Assembly: GCA_040437565.1 (NCBI GenBank)
Contig: JBDOQK010000032.1
Location: 186,001-250,000, forward strand
DNA from: Albugo candida
Lineage: Eukaryota
Direction: 5' to 3'
DNA: 64,000 nucleotides
A program made the translations under genes and the position numbers. Below are positions 48,019-62,100 of this stretch, piece after piece. Positions within the stretch are counted from its first letter, which is position 1. Each line of letters starts with the position of its first letter. The notes under the pieces were generated by a model. It did not search any database. It was not told the origin of the DNA and saw only the letters and a program-made list of their open reading frames with translations.

Positions 48019-50790
48019 ATGCATCAAGAAGTCGTAGAGGAAGAATGCAAGGAGAACGAGACGAATAGAAAAATGGACGACTCGGAATATAGTGCAACTA
48101 CTCCCTCTCATCATCGAAAGATATCGTCCAGCACAGCTTCCTTGGAACAATTCGCAGGACGTCGAGCACAAATGCGAAGGCAAAGTGCACATGGCGTCAC
48201 GTTCGGTTCAGACGCTTCCTTACGACAACATAAATCGAGAATATCCTCTACTGCTTCTTTCTCCTCGCTGAATAAGTTCCTTAAACGACGGCATCCGACT
48301 ATATCGCACCGAGTTCCTTCCAGTACGAAACGAGCTGGCGACGAGAATATAAATTTACAACAGTTATCTGCAAACTCTAACGCTACAGTGATATTTCCAC
48401 CTCCAGCAACTTCTCTTCCTTCGACTGCATCGATCAGCATTGCGAATATCCATCCTTCTTCTCAGACAGTGCAAGTGGAAAATGGGTCCGAGACAGTTCT
48501 CATGAAAGGAGTTCTTCACAAGCGACGGGCAATCCTCAAATCGTGGACAAAATTGTACTTTGTCGTAACGAATAATTTTCTGCGCTATTACAAATTGAAA
48601 GGAATGAATGGGCTCTGTTCATCTTCTTTGTCATTGACAGGCACCTCACTTTATTCGGATACATTACAAAACGCAAAAGATGGGACTTTAGGCAGAATAT
48701 CAGTCAACGATCGCTTCAGTTTACGGGGAGAAATTGCTCGTCAGGACGTGATCCAAGTCGAATCTTTGGATGACAGCTGGAAACCGCATCGTTTGTTTTG
48801 TTTCGTAATCGTACTACGGAAACGCTCCGGACGGAAGAAAACAAAGCAAATACAGCTTCATAGCGGTGCTTTAAAGGAAAATAATGTGGAGCGAAATCGC
48901 GTGAATAGCAGTCAATCGATAATCGAAAATGTTACGGAATTTACAGATAGAAGGAGAAATTACAGCTGGATTCCTGGAAATGGTAAAAAGCATTCGACAA
49001 AAGGCATTTCGGAAGCGCGTGTGCTTTTGTATCTTCAAGCCAGTAGTGAACAGGAGCGTTCGAAGTGGATTCAGGTCGTACAACGATGGATACGGCAAGA
49101 ATCTCCAATGTCAGGAAACGAATTTCACGCAAATATGGAAGAAGTATCGGGCCACGAGATTTTATCGTATCTTGTCGAATCAAACTCTTCACGTGCGCAG
49201 GACCAAGGAAACACACAACATTTGAATTACGGTGGATTATCTTTGGCTGCTCAAGCTGCTCGGCGTATTGACGATGAGTATCCAGTGGTTGCGTCCTTAC
49301 TACGAGACATGATTGAGTGTAATCTCGCTGATGAAATGGTGTTTATACTCGATCAATTGTTAGGGGAGATGAAGGAAGGCTGGGCAACCAATCTGCGATA
49401 CATGAAAAAGTTAGTAGCAGCTGCAGGCAGTGCAAAGCTTGAGGTCAATCCGGATATCTGGATCAATCCAGTCAAAGACGCGTATGGTCGTATCATGCGA
49501 CTATTAGCGAGTGTGGATGCTGCTCGAATCGCGTCAGGTGCTTCCTATACTTCAGGTCTTACACCTCCAACAGTTCGTCGGAATGTGTCTGGGTCGTCGA
49601 GTCAGTCCAATCATAATCCCTCGTCCCAAGCGCGTGGTACCGGGACCCGAAGCAATTCTGAAGCAGAGCATTCCTTTCATCGCATCTATCGAGTTGGCCG
49701 CAAACTTGGCTCCGGCTCATTTTCGATTGTCTACATTGCCACTCATCGGGAGACAAAGAAACAAGTCGCCGTCAAGTGCATATCGAAATCAGAACTTGAC
49801 GAAGCTGACGTTGACGCTTTGAAGCAAGAAGTCGAAGTGATGGCAACCTTGAATCATCCCAACCTAGTTCCATTACTGGACTACTTTAACGAAGCTCGAC
49901 ATTATTATATTGTGACACCATTATGCACGGGAGGCGAATTATTTGATGACTTGGTCAAACGCAAGTCATACACAGAGGAAGATGCTCGCTGTTTGATGAA
50001 GAAACTTGCATGCGCCCTTGTTTATGTGCACAATCGAGGTATTGTGCATCGAGATTTAAAGCCTGAAAATATCTTGTTGAAGACTTCGGCACCGGGAGCG
50101 GAGGTTATGATCGCTGATTTTGGATTTGCGCGGTTTTTAAGGACTGAAAGTGGCAATCATCGACCTGGTACAGCATGTGGTACTCCAGGATATGTAGCTC
50201 CAGAAGTTGTTCGCGGGTCCTCGTATGGTGCTGAAGTGGACTGCTGGAGCTTGGGTGTCATACTTTACATACTTTTATGTGGGTACGCACCATTTCCAGG
50301 AAAAAATCACTCAGTCATATTGGAAAAAGTCGTTCGAGGAGACTACAGATTTCAATCTCCCGACTGGGATCACATTTCGAGTGAAGCAAGAGATTTGGTT
50401 TCCCGACTCATCAACGTGGATCCAACAAAGCGTCTGACTGCGTGTGAGATATTACAACACCCATGGATGAATCCTTCCGACATGGTGGCACTAACCAGCA
50501 CAAGCGACGTTAGGACGAGATTGAATCAAATCTACTCTGATCTGTCTCCTGCATTGACACATATGCGCAAGAATCATACCGCTTGGGATCGACCCAAAGC
50601 GGTATCCGGTCTGATAGAACGAATTTCAAGCATTGTGAAGGAGAAACACAATTTTGAGTATTTTGATTTTGATTTGGAACTTGATGAAGAACTCATTCTG
50701 GAAGAAAAGAATGACGGTGACGCGGAGGAAGATTTGTATCGCACCGAAAATACTGAAACGATCTCTAACTTGTGTAGAATCGAGAGTTGA
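48019..50790 (+). CDS. PH-domain CAMK-family Ser/Thr protein kinase
   Basis: PH start KGVLHKR...WTKLYFVV and PH end LYLQASSEQERSKWI. Kinase motifs GSGSFS, VAVK, HRDLKPEN, DFG, CGTPGYVAPE and DCWSLG are intact. Confidence 0.93.
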   Translation: MHQEVVEEECKENETNRKMDDSEYSATTPSHHRKISSSTASLEQFAGRRAQMRRQSAHGVTFGSDASLRQHKSRISSTASFSSLNKFLKRRHPTISHRVPSSTKRAGDENINLQQLSANSNATVIFPPPATSLPSTASISIANIHPSSQTVQVENGSETVLMKGVLHKRRAILKSWTKLYFVVTNNFLRYYKLKGMNGLCSSSLSLTGTSLYSDTLQNAKDGTLGRISVNDRFSLRGEIARQDVIQVESLDDSWKPHRLFCFVIVLRKRSGRKKTKQIQLHSGALKENNVERNRVNSSQSIIENVTEFTDRRRNYSWIPGNGKKHSTKGISEARVLLYLQASSEQERSKWIQVVQRWIRQESPMSGNEFHANMEEVSGHEILSYLVESNSSRAQDQGNTQHLNYGGLSLAAQAARRIDDEYPVVASLLRDMIECNLADEMVFILDQLLGEMKEGWATNLRYMKKLVAAAGSAKLEVNPDIWINPVKDAYGRIMRLLASVDAARIASGASYTSGLTPPTVRRNVSGSSSQSNHNPSSQARGTGTRSNSEAEHSFHRIYRVGRKLGSGSFSIVYIATHRETKKQVAVKCISKSELDEADVDALKQEVEVMATLNHPNLVPLLDYFNEARHYYIVTPLCTGGELFDDLVKRKSYTEEDARCLMKKLACALVYVHNRGIVHRDLKPENILLKTSAPGAEVMIADFGFARFLRTESGNHRPGTACGTPGYVAPEVVRGSSYGAEVDCWSLGVILYILLCGYAPFPGKNHSVILEKVVRGDYRFQSPDWDHISSEARDLVSRLINVDPTKRLTACEILQHPWMNPSDMVALTSTSDVRTRLNQIYSDLSPALTHMRKNHTAWDRPKAVSGLIERISSIVKEKHNFEYFDFDLELDEELILEEKNDGDAEEDLYRTENTETISNLCRIES

Positions 50791-50892
50791 GCACTCCAAC
50801 TCGTTCGACACTGACCAAGTCATTCGCCTTTGACGATCAACACTGGCGATGCTGCTGAAGAAAATCGTGGTCAAATGACTATTATACTGGCA

Positions 50893-53800
50893 TTATGCCC
50901 ATATTTGAATATCTACTTCGTCGCCTTCTTCATTTGCTCTCAGATTGGATTCTTTCACGCTGCCTGCTTTTCGAGAATGCCCATCGAGGCCATTTTGGCC
51001 TGCGGCCTTCCTGGACGTGGGATCATTGAATGAAGGTCCAGTTTTGCTCTTATTTTCGAATTCAGCCAAAAGACTGTCATGATCGGCCACAAGTGTTCCT
51101 TTTCCACTGCTATACGCATTTCGTCCAAACAATGCTCTCAAGTAGCCAATTTTCCCACGTCGACCGGCATACTGCCAACTTGCATTTCTGCTGTCTGCGG
51201 CTCGTTGACGACGCTGCTCTACGTGATGAACCAAAAGCCCCACAAACACATATTCCCACACAGCAGCTAGAAAAAGGTCGAACAAGCCAAGGAAGAACAG
51301 ACTGGTGCAGTAGGAAGCCGGTAGAGCCAAAACTCCAAAACTTGTGTCCATCCGAACAGTCTGAGACGTCAATTCATTCTTATAGCTAAACAACTGAACT
51401 TGCAGCACAATGAACGTGCTGACCAACACGACCAAAAAAGTCTGATTTCGATAAAATGGTTTCCGATACAAATCTTTGACGTTCATAGCAAACGCAACGA
51501 TCCAATATTGCGTGTGCCCAAAGAGCCATAACACACTGTTCTCATAGGAATGCGTCGTAAAGTAAGCCGGATTTCCAGGTTCAAATAAATAGCAAGGAGG
51601 ATGGATCAAACTTGCGGTAGCTTCAGCTTTATGATGAAACTTGTCGGCCTCTAATGCTGCATCGACCGTACGGGTCAGCTTGCTGGCTTCTGAAGCCGAA
51701 CAGAACCAATCTTTTGTACTTGCGGATGATATTGCAATTCCAACACAGCAAAAGAATAACATCAATTGACCCGCTAGAGAGACCATAACAGTTGGTGCAA
51801 ACAACGACTTGGCTGGTGTATCTGGGGATAAGGTGTCGAGAGATTTCGCTCGTACCATGACCATCGAAAGACTCAGGACCAGAATTAGATCGTCAAAGAG
51901 AAATTGTCCGCCACTCATCTGTGTATCGCGATCGTTCATCATACTGATCAGCGTGATCTGTATAACCGCGTACAGAATCATGTACTTGAATGTGATGTAT
52001 GACGAGCTCAAAGCACACCGACCTTCACGAAGCAAGTCGATAAGGTCAGTGATGCGCTTCTGTTTGGTCGTAAAAGGCGAAAATACTGGAACGTCTGTAT
52101 CGGAAATAGCAAATCCGACATGAGCAGCCTTTAAAGNNNNNNNNNNNNNNNNNNNNNNNNNNNNNNNNNNNNNNNNNNNNNNNNNNNNNNNNNNNNNNNN
52201 NNNNNNNNNNNNNNNNNNNNNNNNNNNNNNNNNNNNCGGCCTTCCTGGACGTGGGATCATTGAATGAAGGTCCAGTTTTGCTCTTATTTTCGAATTCAGC
52301 CAAAAGACTGTCATGATCGGCCACAAGTGTTCCTTTTCCACTGCTATACGCATTTCGTCCAAACAATGCTCTCAAGTAGCCAATTTTCCCACGTCGACCG
52401 GCATACTGCCAACTTGCATTTCTGCTGTCTGCGGCTCGTTGACGACGCTGCTCTACGTGATGAACCAAAAGCCCCACAAACACATATTCCCACACAGCAG
52501 CTAGAAAAAGGTCGAACAAGCCAAGGAAGAACAGACTGGTGCAGTAGGAAGCCGGTAGAGCCAAAACTCCAAAACTTGTGTCCATCCGAACAGTCTGAGA
52601 CGTCAATTCATTCTTATAGCTAAACAACTGAACTTGCAGCACAATGAACGTGCTGACCAACACGACCAAAAAAGTCTGATTTCGATAAAATGGTTTCCGA
52701 TACAAATCTTTGACGTTCATAGCAAACGCAACGATCCAATATTGCGTGTGCCCAAAGAGCCATAACACACTGTTCTCATAGGAATGCGTCGTAAAGTAAG
52801 CCGGATTTCCAGGTTCAAATAAATAGCAAGGAGGATGGATCAAACTTGCGGTAGCTTCAGCTTTATGATGAAACTTGTCGGCCTCTAATGCTGCATCGAC
52901 CGTACGGGTCAGCTTGCTGGCTTCTGAAGCCGAACAGAACCAATCTTTTGTACTTGCGGATGATATTGCAATTCCAACACAGCAAAAGAATAACATCAAT
53001 TGACCCGCTAGAGAGACCATAACAGTTGGTGCAAACAACGACTTGGCTGGTGTATCTGGGGATAAGGTGTCGAGAGATTTCGCTCGTACCATGACCATCG
53101 AAAGACTCAGGACCAGAATTAGATCGTCAAAGAGAAATTGTCCGCCACTCATCTGTGTATCGCGATCGTTCATCATACTGATCAGCGTGATCTGTATAAC
53201 CGCGTACAGAATCATGTACTTGAATGTGATGTATGACGAGCTCAAAGCACACCGACCTTCACGAAGCAAGTCGATAAGGTCAGTGATGCGCTTCTGTTTG
53301 GTCGTAAAAGGCGAAAATACTGGAACGTCTGTATCGGAAATAGCAAATCCGACATGAGCAGCCTTTAAAGCCCCGCAATCGTTAATCCCATCACCAACCA
53401 TGCAGACGCATTTACCACTTTTCATCAGTGTGTGTACAATCCAGGTCTTCTGATGTGGTAGGACACGTGCAAATATTTTCGCATTGAGAATGATTTTTTC
53501 CACAAAATCTACATCTGATTCTTCAAACCTTGAAATTAGTAGCTTCAATGCTGGGCCACTGACTGCAATATCGTTGTTCTCTGCGAGCACAAGAAAACTT
53601 TTTGGTTCCAAATCCGACCACTCCACTCCATCCCGTGACAATGTCAGATCGTCGATGTCTGCGTATACGAGACGGGATTTTACTGATGGCAACGCTCCAA
53701 CTACATTTGCATTTGTGGCTTTGTGAATTACATCGAGAAGCAAGATATTCGTCTGTAGATCCATATTGACCTTTCGAGCAACGTGGATGGCTGTAAATGC

Positions 53801-56077
53801 GTTGTCTCCCGTCAGAATCCGCACTCCAATATTGGCATCTTCCAAAGTACTAACAACGTACGGAGATTCAGTTTTGATCTTGTTCAGAAAAACCACAAAT
53901 CCGAGAAAGTTTAGTCGACAATCCATGGCCTCACGCACTGGAGTATCTTGCGTCACCGGGTACGACTTGGTTGCCATCGCAAGTACATGATATCCTTGGA
54001 AGGAGTACGTCTTGATTTTCTCTTGGTAATTAGCTGGTATGGTGTTTGGATTACATATGTTTAAAATCCCTTCCGGCGATCCTTTTGCATAGACAGCTCT
54101 CTGCCCAGTCTCAAAGTCTTCAATCAGAACAGAGGATCGCTGCAACGTTGCATCAAACATGTAACATTTAACGATCCCATACGTTTTCCCAATAGGAGAA
54201 GCTACGAGAATGGAAAAAGGTGTATTCGGTGCAATTTTCTTGTTTTTCTCGATCGTGTATCCCGTCGCCTTGAACATATCTTTTTCCAAAGAAGACCCTG
54301 AAACGATACCATTTCGTTCGGTCAAACCGTGACATGTTGCCAGTCCGACAATCGAAGTCACTGAGAGCACTTCAACTTCATTTTGGAGGCCAATGAAAGA
54401 CGGTACCCCTTCTTTAGAGGCACTTGGTGCTCTTAATGTTCCACCATGAGCATTTGTACTGGACCCAAAGCTGCATTCATCAACTCCTTGGAAATCCAAA
54501 TGGTCATACGAAAGCGTTCCCGTTTTATCGAAACAGCACGTATCTACATGTCCAGCAATGGTGATGCGTTCCGCGTCAATACAAGTAACACCAAAAGACT
54601 CAAGACGACTTTGTGCAAAAGTGATTGCAAATGTTAAAATTACTGGAAGTGCTGGAGGTATTGCGATCGTCAATGCGTCCAGAGCGACCATGATGGCTTC
54701 TGATGCCGACAATCCGAAACGAGACGCCTGCACTAATCGCTTGATGATTGCCAAAATTGCAACACATAAAAGTGCAAAAAGAAAAGCATAGCCATCTCGA
54801 TGAATGTTTATATATTGCCGTTTATCCCCATAATGAGCTGTTTTGAAAAGCTCTCCTTTGTACATTGCAGCTGCTGTACAAACAACAATTCCACGCGTTG
54901 AAAAATCCGCTTTGGACTCTAATACAGTAGATCCTGCGTACAAGCAGCTCCCTTTAGCGGTGACCCGTAAATCGGCATCCGCTGTATGCGCCTTGGTGAG
55001 TGCTCCAGGGTCTGTGTCTATGCTAAGATTGTTCCGAGAATCTGGAAATGAGACCGCCTGTTTGGTGATTGGGACGACCTCGCCTGTAAGCGTAGACTCA
55101 TCGATTAAGCATTCTCCTTTGACTAACACGATATCTGCCGGCACGATGCCTTCTTCAATAATCACCAGATCGCCTATGACCATATCTGTAATTTCGATCG
55201 ATTGTACCTTGTGATCTCGAATGACACGAATACTGGAATTTTTGTCGTGTTTTATGAGTACATTTTGAGTGCGTGTGAATTGGAAGTAAATTTGGCGAAT
55301 AGTGAAAAGAATGGAGCCCATCAAGATGACGAGTGCGTATAGTGTATACCCTTCATATAGCCAGATAATGATACCGGCAGCTTGTACCAGATAAAACGGA
55401 TGGAGGATTTTGCGTAAGATGATACTTAGCAATGACTCATAAGTCAGATGAAGTTCATTCGTACCATAGATAGCCAACAGTTTTGAAACTTGAATTTGAG
55501 ACCACCCTGAGGCGCCCGCTCCAGTTTTCACTGTTGGGGATGCTCGTGATGTGTCAAGTGTGGACACACGTTTTAGCACATCACACCATTTCTCTTTAAG
55601 TTCACATTTAAGACACGAAAATTTACCCGTTTCTGCGTCATAAAAATATCGCGCAGAGCGATACTGAAACCAATACAAAATCGCGCTTGTGGCGCTTGTT
55701 TCGCCTGGTGTATCCAATGTGAATAACTCTGCCTCCTCCCAGTCATAATGCGTTTTCCCAGTATGAATTAACACGCAATCAGCTCCATCTGCTACATCTT
55801 TTACTTGTTGTTTTCTTAATTTTGTTAAAAGTTGTGGGAACCAAAGGATTGGAATATAAATCAATCCTAACGTTGCTACACTCAAAAAGATAAGCAGTAA
55901 TTGTTGGTAGATATTGCGTTTGTAAAAAAGCACAATGTCATATTCACAGTCAGATGTAGCTGCAGTTCCAAGGACAGGTGTCAGGGAGCAATGTGTGTTG
56001 CGAACTTGCGTGGAAGACATTTTTGCATCAGTCTGGAAAGAATCGAGCTGACTCGCCATTTGGTAAATCTCAGGCAT
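50893..56077 (-). CDS. P5B-type (ATP13A-like) P-type ATPase
   Basis: Motifs PPALP, CFDKTGTL, KGSPE, TGDN and GDGINDCGALK. The segment 51003-52136 is duplicated at 52237-53370 around the N gap (offset 1234), so this is a single gene. Confidence 0.93.
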
Positions 56078-56778
56078 TCCACTGCTGGATAACAGCTCTC
56101 ACGGAAAATAGAGGCACAAAGAATGAGGAATGTATGTGTGCAGAAATGACGCTTCAGTTACTCTGCGGCTCTTAACGTCGTGTCTCCTTTTCGGAGCTAT
56201 TTTCAGCCGCGTAACCATTATCTTCAACAAGAAATTAGCATCATTCATGATTGCCCTTCGCATCGTATGCGCTTGTTGAGGAACATTATTTAAAAGGTAA
56301 GGCATCACTATCGTAAACTGACCGGCGGGTCAATGCGCTGTGGAAATTGCACGATAGTAATCGTATCTTACCATACTCAAGCGTGCACTCCGCTGTTCTC
56401 CTCGGTAAACTTGATTAACTTTGGCCGAGCGTAATCGCCCGCTACAGTTGACTTTCGTGTATACACCCAGCATTATGGTGAAACTGACGAGCTAATCACA
56501 TGTCAAATTTATATATTCACTTCATTCACGGCAGCCATGTCGCTCCGTACTCAGTCATTATCATTACGTTTTATTGTGAACTGTTCATTGGATATGAAAG
56601 GGAGAACTGATTTTGTGGATTGCCTTGATGACTTATAGCAACGCTTTTATGAATCTGAGAGCAAGCAAATGTGCAAAAGTAGAGCTTTCACAAAATGTAT
56701 AGACAGAAGACTCTTCATCATATGCAACATTAAGGTGACTGTGCATTTTCAAGTGTAAATTTTCTACCACAAAGTAAA

Positions 56779-58091
56779 TCAGTGAGTGATCTCATGAATT
56801 AAAGGAAGCAACGAAGCGTACTGCGTCAAATCAATAACCATAACACATATGTTGTCCATACTACCACGTTTATACGCCTCTTCCATCAGGGATTTTGCCG
56901 CTTCTTGAGGATTAGTGTACTGAGTGACTAGTTCTGCGGCTTCCTCATTAGAAATTGTATCCCAAACGCCATCCGAAGCTACCACAATGAATAAATCCTG
57001 ATCTGTTCGGATAAACTTCTTGACTTCTGGTTCAGCAGCAACTAAAGGCTTCAATAATCGATCTCCAATCGCGCGAGAAACAGCAAGAACCCCCGAAACA
57101 CGCCAAACACCCCAAAAGACAACTGAACCTCCTAGTTCTTGAATTCTTCTCTTTTCATCTGGTCGGTTAGGTTTGTGATCAGATGTCAGAACACTAACAT
57201 CACTGTCTTTGTTGACGAGAATGGCTCTAGAATCCCCAGCTGTTCAGAAGTATGGTCAAAAGTTGAACACATAGAATTGCTGGTGTTACCGTGTGCGACA
57301 TAGATAGTATCGCCACGTGTCAAAATGACGACAGCTGTGGACCCATCTTCCGCGTTCGAGCGTGCTGCTAAATCCACATACTACAGCAAAGTCATCAAAA
57401 CCAGATCCTGTATAATCATAACACATGATACAAATTACGTCACGATCCGTTTGTATAAATCCTTTTTTCAGTGCCTCCATGGGCTCTTTCTGCAAGCTTG
57501 GCTCATTGACAATATTCTGACAAAGCGCTTGCACACAATAACTACAAACGCGATCTCTATCATGGCCTTTCGTTCAATACATGTAAGATGGTCGTACTTT
57601 GCTGCTCCAGCTCCTCCATGTCCGTCAAACACACCATAAAAAGATTGTTCCGGGTCACCTAATATGATAAAACTTCAAAGATGCTTGTATTCTGAAATAG
57701 GATCTCCACTACCATTCAACATCGCGTAAGCGATATGTCGATCTTCCATGTATGGTCTCCTTCCCTACATCATACCGCTCAGTACGATATAATACATTTA
57801 GCACATCAACCTTCATCTGTGAGACACCATAACGATAATGAACGCGCAGATCAATTGGAGGGCAAATCGGAGCATCAAATGGTGAGGGTGTAGTTCTTCC
57901 AGCAAAAAATTGATTATGTGATATAATAAGGGAATAATATCAGCTATAAACAGGGCTTACGTCCAAGTGGGAATGATCATTCTCCACAGCAGATAAGCGA
58001 CGAGTAGAGCCATCAAATGTAACACGTAAGTTTCTTTTGCAAACCTTGCTGCTACGGATACGGTTTCGATATTGAATACTGCTACACTCAT
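56779..58091 (-). CDS. Protein phosphatase 2C (PPM family) with an N-terminal hydrophobic segment
   Basis: Multi-exon gene. Motifs GRRPYMEDRH, GVFDGHGG, GSTAVV, GDSRA, DHKP, LAVSRAIGD, ASDGVWD and GSMDNI. The first exon (ATG 58091) encodes YVLHLMALLVAYLLW. Confidence 0.88.
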
Positions 58092-58346
58092 ACTTGCTTA
58101 ACACAGTGACTCGAGATACTCGCTTAGATGATACGAATGCCTACAATCCGGCTAGTATCGCATCAAGCAGAGCGGTAACGAGCTCTATTGATTAACGGGT
58201 ATTGGCTGATATAGTTTTACTTTATTTCAATATTTGGTNNNNNNNNNNNNNNNNNNNNNNNNNNNNNNNNNNNNNNNNNNNNNNNNNNNNNNNNNNNNNN
58301 NNNNNNNNNNNNNNNNNNNNNNNNNNNNNNNNNNNNNNGTTTTACT

Positions 58347-59065
58347 TTATTTCAATATTTGGTTGTTATATGTAAGGATAAGTTGATGCTCACCGGACGC
58401 ACGAAACGCAGTTCCTATTGAAAGTCTAGGCAATAGCGCTTGCGCGGGTACATTCAGTAGAAATGATGTAAAACAATCATTTTCTGTTTCCTTTCTTATC
58501 GCGTCATACTCCAAAGTGCTGAGGATCGCTGGTTGACGCATTCTTTGAAAAAAGCTTGCATAATAAGATCGTTGTCAGAGTGTCTATTGATCCATGCAAA
58601 CGAATCACAGCTTACCGTTGCGCATGCATGCTATAGCCGGACGAAGAAGCAATTAATCCCACTACATTTGAGACTTGTAACTGCAAGACACCCTGAAAGG
58701 CTCTGAGGGTTTCGACACTAACTGGTTTGGATTCATTTTTACACTGTGTAATTATCTGTATTTCTTTTTGATCAGGAAATCGCCAAATTCCCTAGTTGTA
58801 CAACGTAGGATCCACATAGCACAATAACACTCCTAATATGACACACTCTTACGTTATGATCAATTCCTCCATCTTGTGAGGCTGGTGTCTGTATAAGGTC
58901 GCACGATAGTGCACGTAACGTGCGCTCCACTTTGATTTCAAACTCAGTTCCTTTATTACTAAAGTGTCTCAATAGCGCACCACCGACGCGCGATTCACTA
59001 AAGTTTGTCAGCTTATACTTCATGGCAAATCTCGTAACAGTTTTAACCAACCAAAAATGCTTCAT
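58347..59065 (-). CDS. PD-(D/E)xK / Mrr-like nuclease-fold protein (RRG7/DUF2034-like, probably mitochondrial)
   Basis: Exons 59065-58853, 58791-58616, 58554-58347. Spliced product contains KGTEFE...QDGGIDHNGIW...IITQCKN...VETLRAFQG...GLIASSSGYS. Confidence 0.75.
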
Positions 59066-59101
59066 ATTTCAACGCAACAAATTAACATTGACACTAGACT
59101 T

Positions 59102-62100
59102 TTAAGCGAATCCTCTAACATGAAGCCACTCCGCTATAACGGGAACATCGCGCTGTCGAAGGACGCAATTCACTTGGACTTTCTCCAGTGCTTCTTCCAG
59201 TCGCTTCGCATACGCATGGGTTTTTCGAGTCTCCAAAAAAGCTTCCACCTGCTTCAGTTTCTCTTCCGTACAGAATTTGGACACTGTAGTAGCTATCACC
59301 GATCCAAGTATCCACGGAGACAGTCTTGTGTTCACAAGCTCCCAATTCGATTCAAGATAGCTCCAAGCAACGTCAGCACCGTTTGTGGACTTGGCAATGC
59401 TATTGAATAGTGTTGTCATCTCACTTGAGGGAATGGTTTTCATCCCCCAAACAATCACTGCAAGAAGAGCATCTGGAAGAGGGCTCTCTCCCATTGCAGT
59501 CAGACAATTGCGCTTCTCTTTTATGTCTTTGCTGTCTGCATATCTTTTTTGCAAAAGTTCCACTTCGACCATATTCCCTGTGGCTGCAGCAGTGCTGAAG
59601 ACAGCCAGGTGTAATTCAGCTGGTACAGGGGGCGTACAATCTGAGTTTTTGCTTTCGATATAATCCGTAAACATTTGCTTCAATTCAACGACTACGTCAT
59701 CGTCACCAACTTTGCTCAGCATTGTGATGACTTCATTTCGAAGTTCCATCTCTTCTTCGGCTCCACAAGATGATGCGATATTTGGTGCTTCTCGTGCGAC
59801 AGTTGCTAATGCTGCTTTATAAAAGTCCCGAATAAAAGCTTTGAATTGTGCTAAAACATGCTCGTTCTGCATCAGACCCAGATATCGCCGTAGATGTGAT
59901 GCTAATTCCTTCCAGCACAAGACATTCGGGTCGTGACGATACGCATCAATAAAATCCAGAGCTTCCGAAATCAAGATCTTACCACATTGAGCCAACATGA
60001 ACACTTCTGCGAGTAGCCCCATACGTTCTGTCGTTCCAAAGACGAGTTCGCGAACGGGACTTTGCAGGCGCTTCAACATGTAAGATGGATATTGAACATA
60101 GTACAAGCCAGTTTGATTCGCATTAAACTTGACCCACCCATCATTTCCTATGATTGACATTACCTGTTCAAGTTTTCGAATCATATCCTCTGGTAGATAC
60201 ACGCGTTGATCACTTTGCGTTTGGTGCGAACCTTTCCAAACGCCAAGTCGATGAACTATTGAAGGATCTTTGGATGTCCGGTAAGTCAGGGGAATGTCCC
60301 ACACCGGGTTGGCTGACAATTTTTTGGAACACTTCCAATCGAACAATAGACGATTCTGTGATACTTGGCACCTTGGTCCCTCAGAAGGGTCACATTCAAT
60401 GCACAATACGGGATACCCTGTTTGTTTTGTCCAGGTTTCCGCCACTTGCCTTATACTCAAATCAGATTCCTGTTCTAAGCTTTTCCACAAATCAGTAGTC
60501 TTGGTATTTTTGTATTTGAATTGCAAGAGATACGCTTTGACACCTCGAAAAAACGTTTCGTGACCGAGATATGCCACAAGCATGCGAATGAGACTCGCTC
60601 CTTTATCGTACGAGATCGCATCGAAAATCTCATCCACTTCGTGTCCATTCTGAACCTCCACCTCGATAGGATGGGACGATAACATGGCATCTCGAACGAG
60701 TGCCAAATTCAGCAATGATTCTTGCACAAAAGTATCCCATATTCGCCATTCTGGATAGATATGATTGGCAACATCACATTCCATATAACTCGCAAATCCC
60801 TCATTTAGCCATAGTCCAGTCCACCAGTCCATTGTCACAAGATTTCCAAACCATTGATGCGATAATTCGTGACATACGACTCTTGCAGAGAGAACTTTTT
60901 GTGATTTTGTAGCGTGTTCCTCCTCTAAGAGTACGTATTGCCCATACGTAACAAGTCCCCAGTTTTCCATGGCACCCACAAAATCTGGAAGCACAATGTT
61001 ATCAAGTTTGTGGAGAGGATAAGGAATATCGAACATATTTGATAGATATGTGAGAGCTTTTAGGCCAGTTTTCAGCGCAAAACGACCTTTATCGATATAT
61101 CCGGGAGTGGTATAAACGCTCATCAGCACGCCCTCAGAGGTCACGTCACTGATAACGTCAAATTCGCCCACGACAATCGCAACAAGATATGTGGACATTG
61201 GCGGTGTTTCAGCGAAACGCCATACTTTTTTTTCCTTGCTTATAGATTGAGTATTTTCGTAAATAGTTGCATTCTGTTTGGGGCGCCGAATTGTCTGCAA
61301 AACGTGCATGTTACTCAAAACAGTGAGATTCGGGTCGCTCGCGACTGATATTTGAAATGTGGCTTTGAAGGATGGTTCATCCCAACAAGGAAACGCACGC
61401 CGGGCATCACAAGCCTCAAACTGAGTTGCAGCTAAAAGACGTTTTTCACCTTGGTGAGAGTACTCACTGAAGAAAAAGCCACGAAGCTGTTCACTCAATG
61501 ATCCATGAAAATTGAGTGTCAAGGTGAGTTGAGAGTGAGCTTTGATTGACTTGGACANNNNNNNNNNNNNNNNNNNNNNNNNNNNNNNNNNNNNNNNNNN
61601 NNNNNNNNNNNNNNNNNNNNNNNNNNNNNNNNNNNNNNNNNNNNNNNNNNNNNNNNNAAGTCGATGAACTATTGAAGGATCTTTGGATGTCCGGTAAGTC
61701 AGGGGAATGTCCCACACCGGGTTGGCTGACAATTTTTTGGAACACTTCCAATCGAACAATAGACGATTCTGTGATACTTGGCACCTTGGTCCCTCAGAAG
61801 GGTCACATTCAATGCACAATACGGGATACCCTGTTTGTTTTGTCCAGGTTTCCGCCACTTGCCTTATACTCAAATCAGATTCCTGTTCTAAGCTTTTCCA
61901 CAAATCAGTAGTCTTGGTATTTTTGTATTTGAATTGCAAGAGATACGCTTTGACACCTCGAAAAAACGTTTCGTGACCGAGATATGCCACAAGCATGCGA
62001 ATGAGACTCGCTCCTTTATCGTACGAGATCGCATCGAAAATCTCATCCACTTCGTGTCCATTCTGAACCTCCACCTCGATAGGATGGGACGATAACATGG

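Noticed and set aside
55070-55100. TGEV in place of TGES in the P5 ATPase actuator domain
   Set aside because: The catalytic TGE is retained and the other motifs are intact, so it is too minor to imply altered function.
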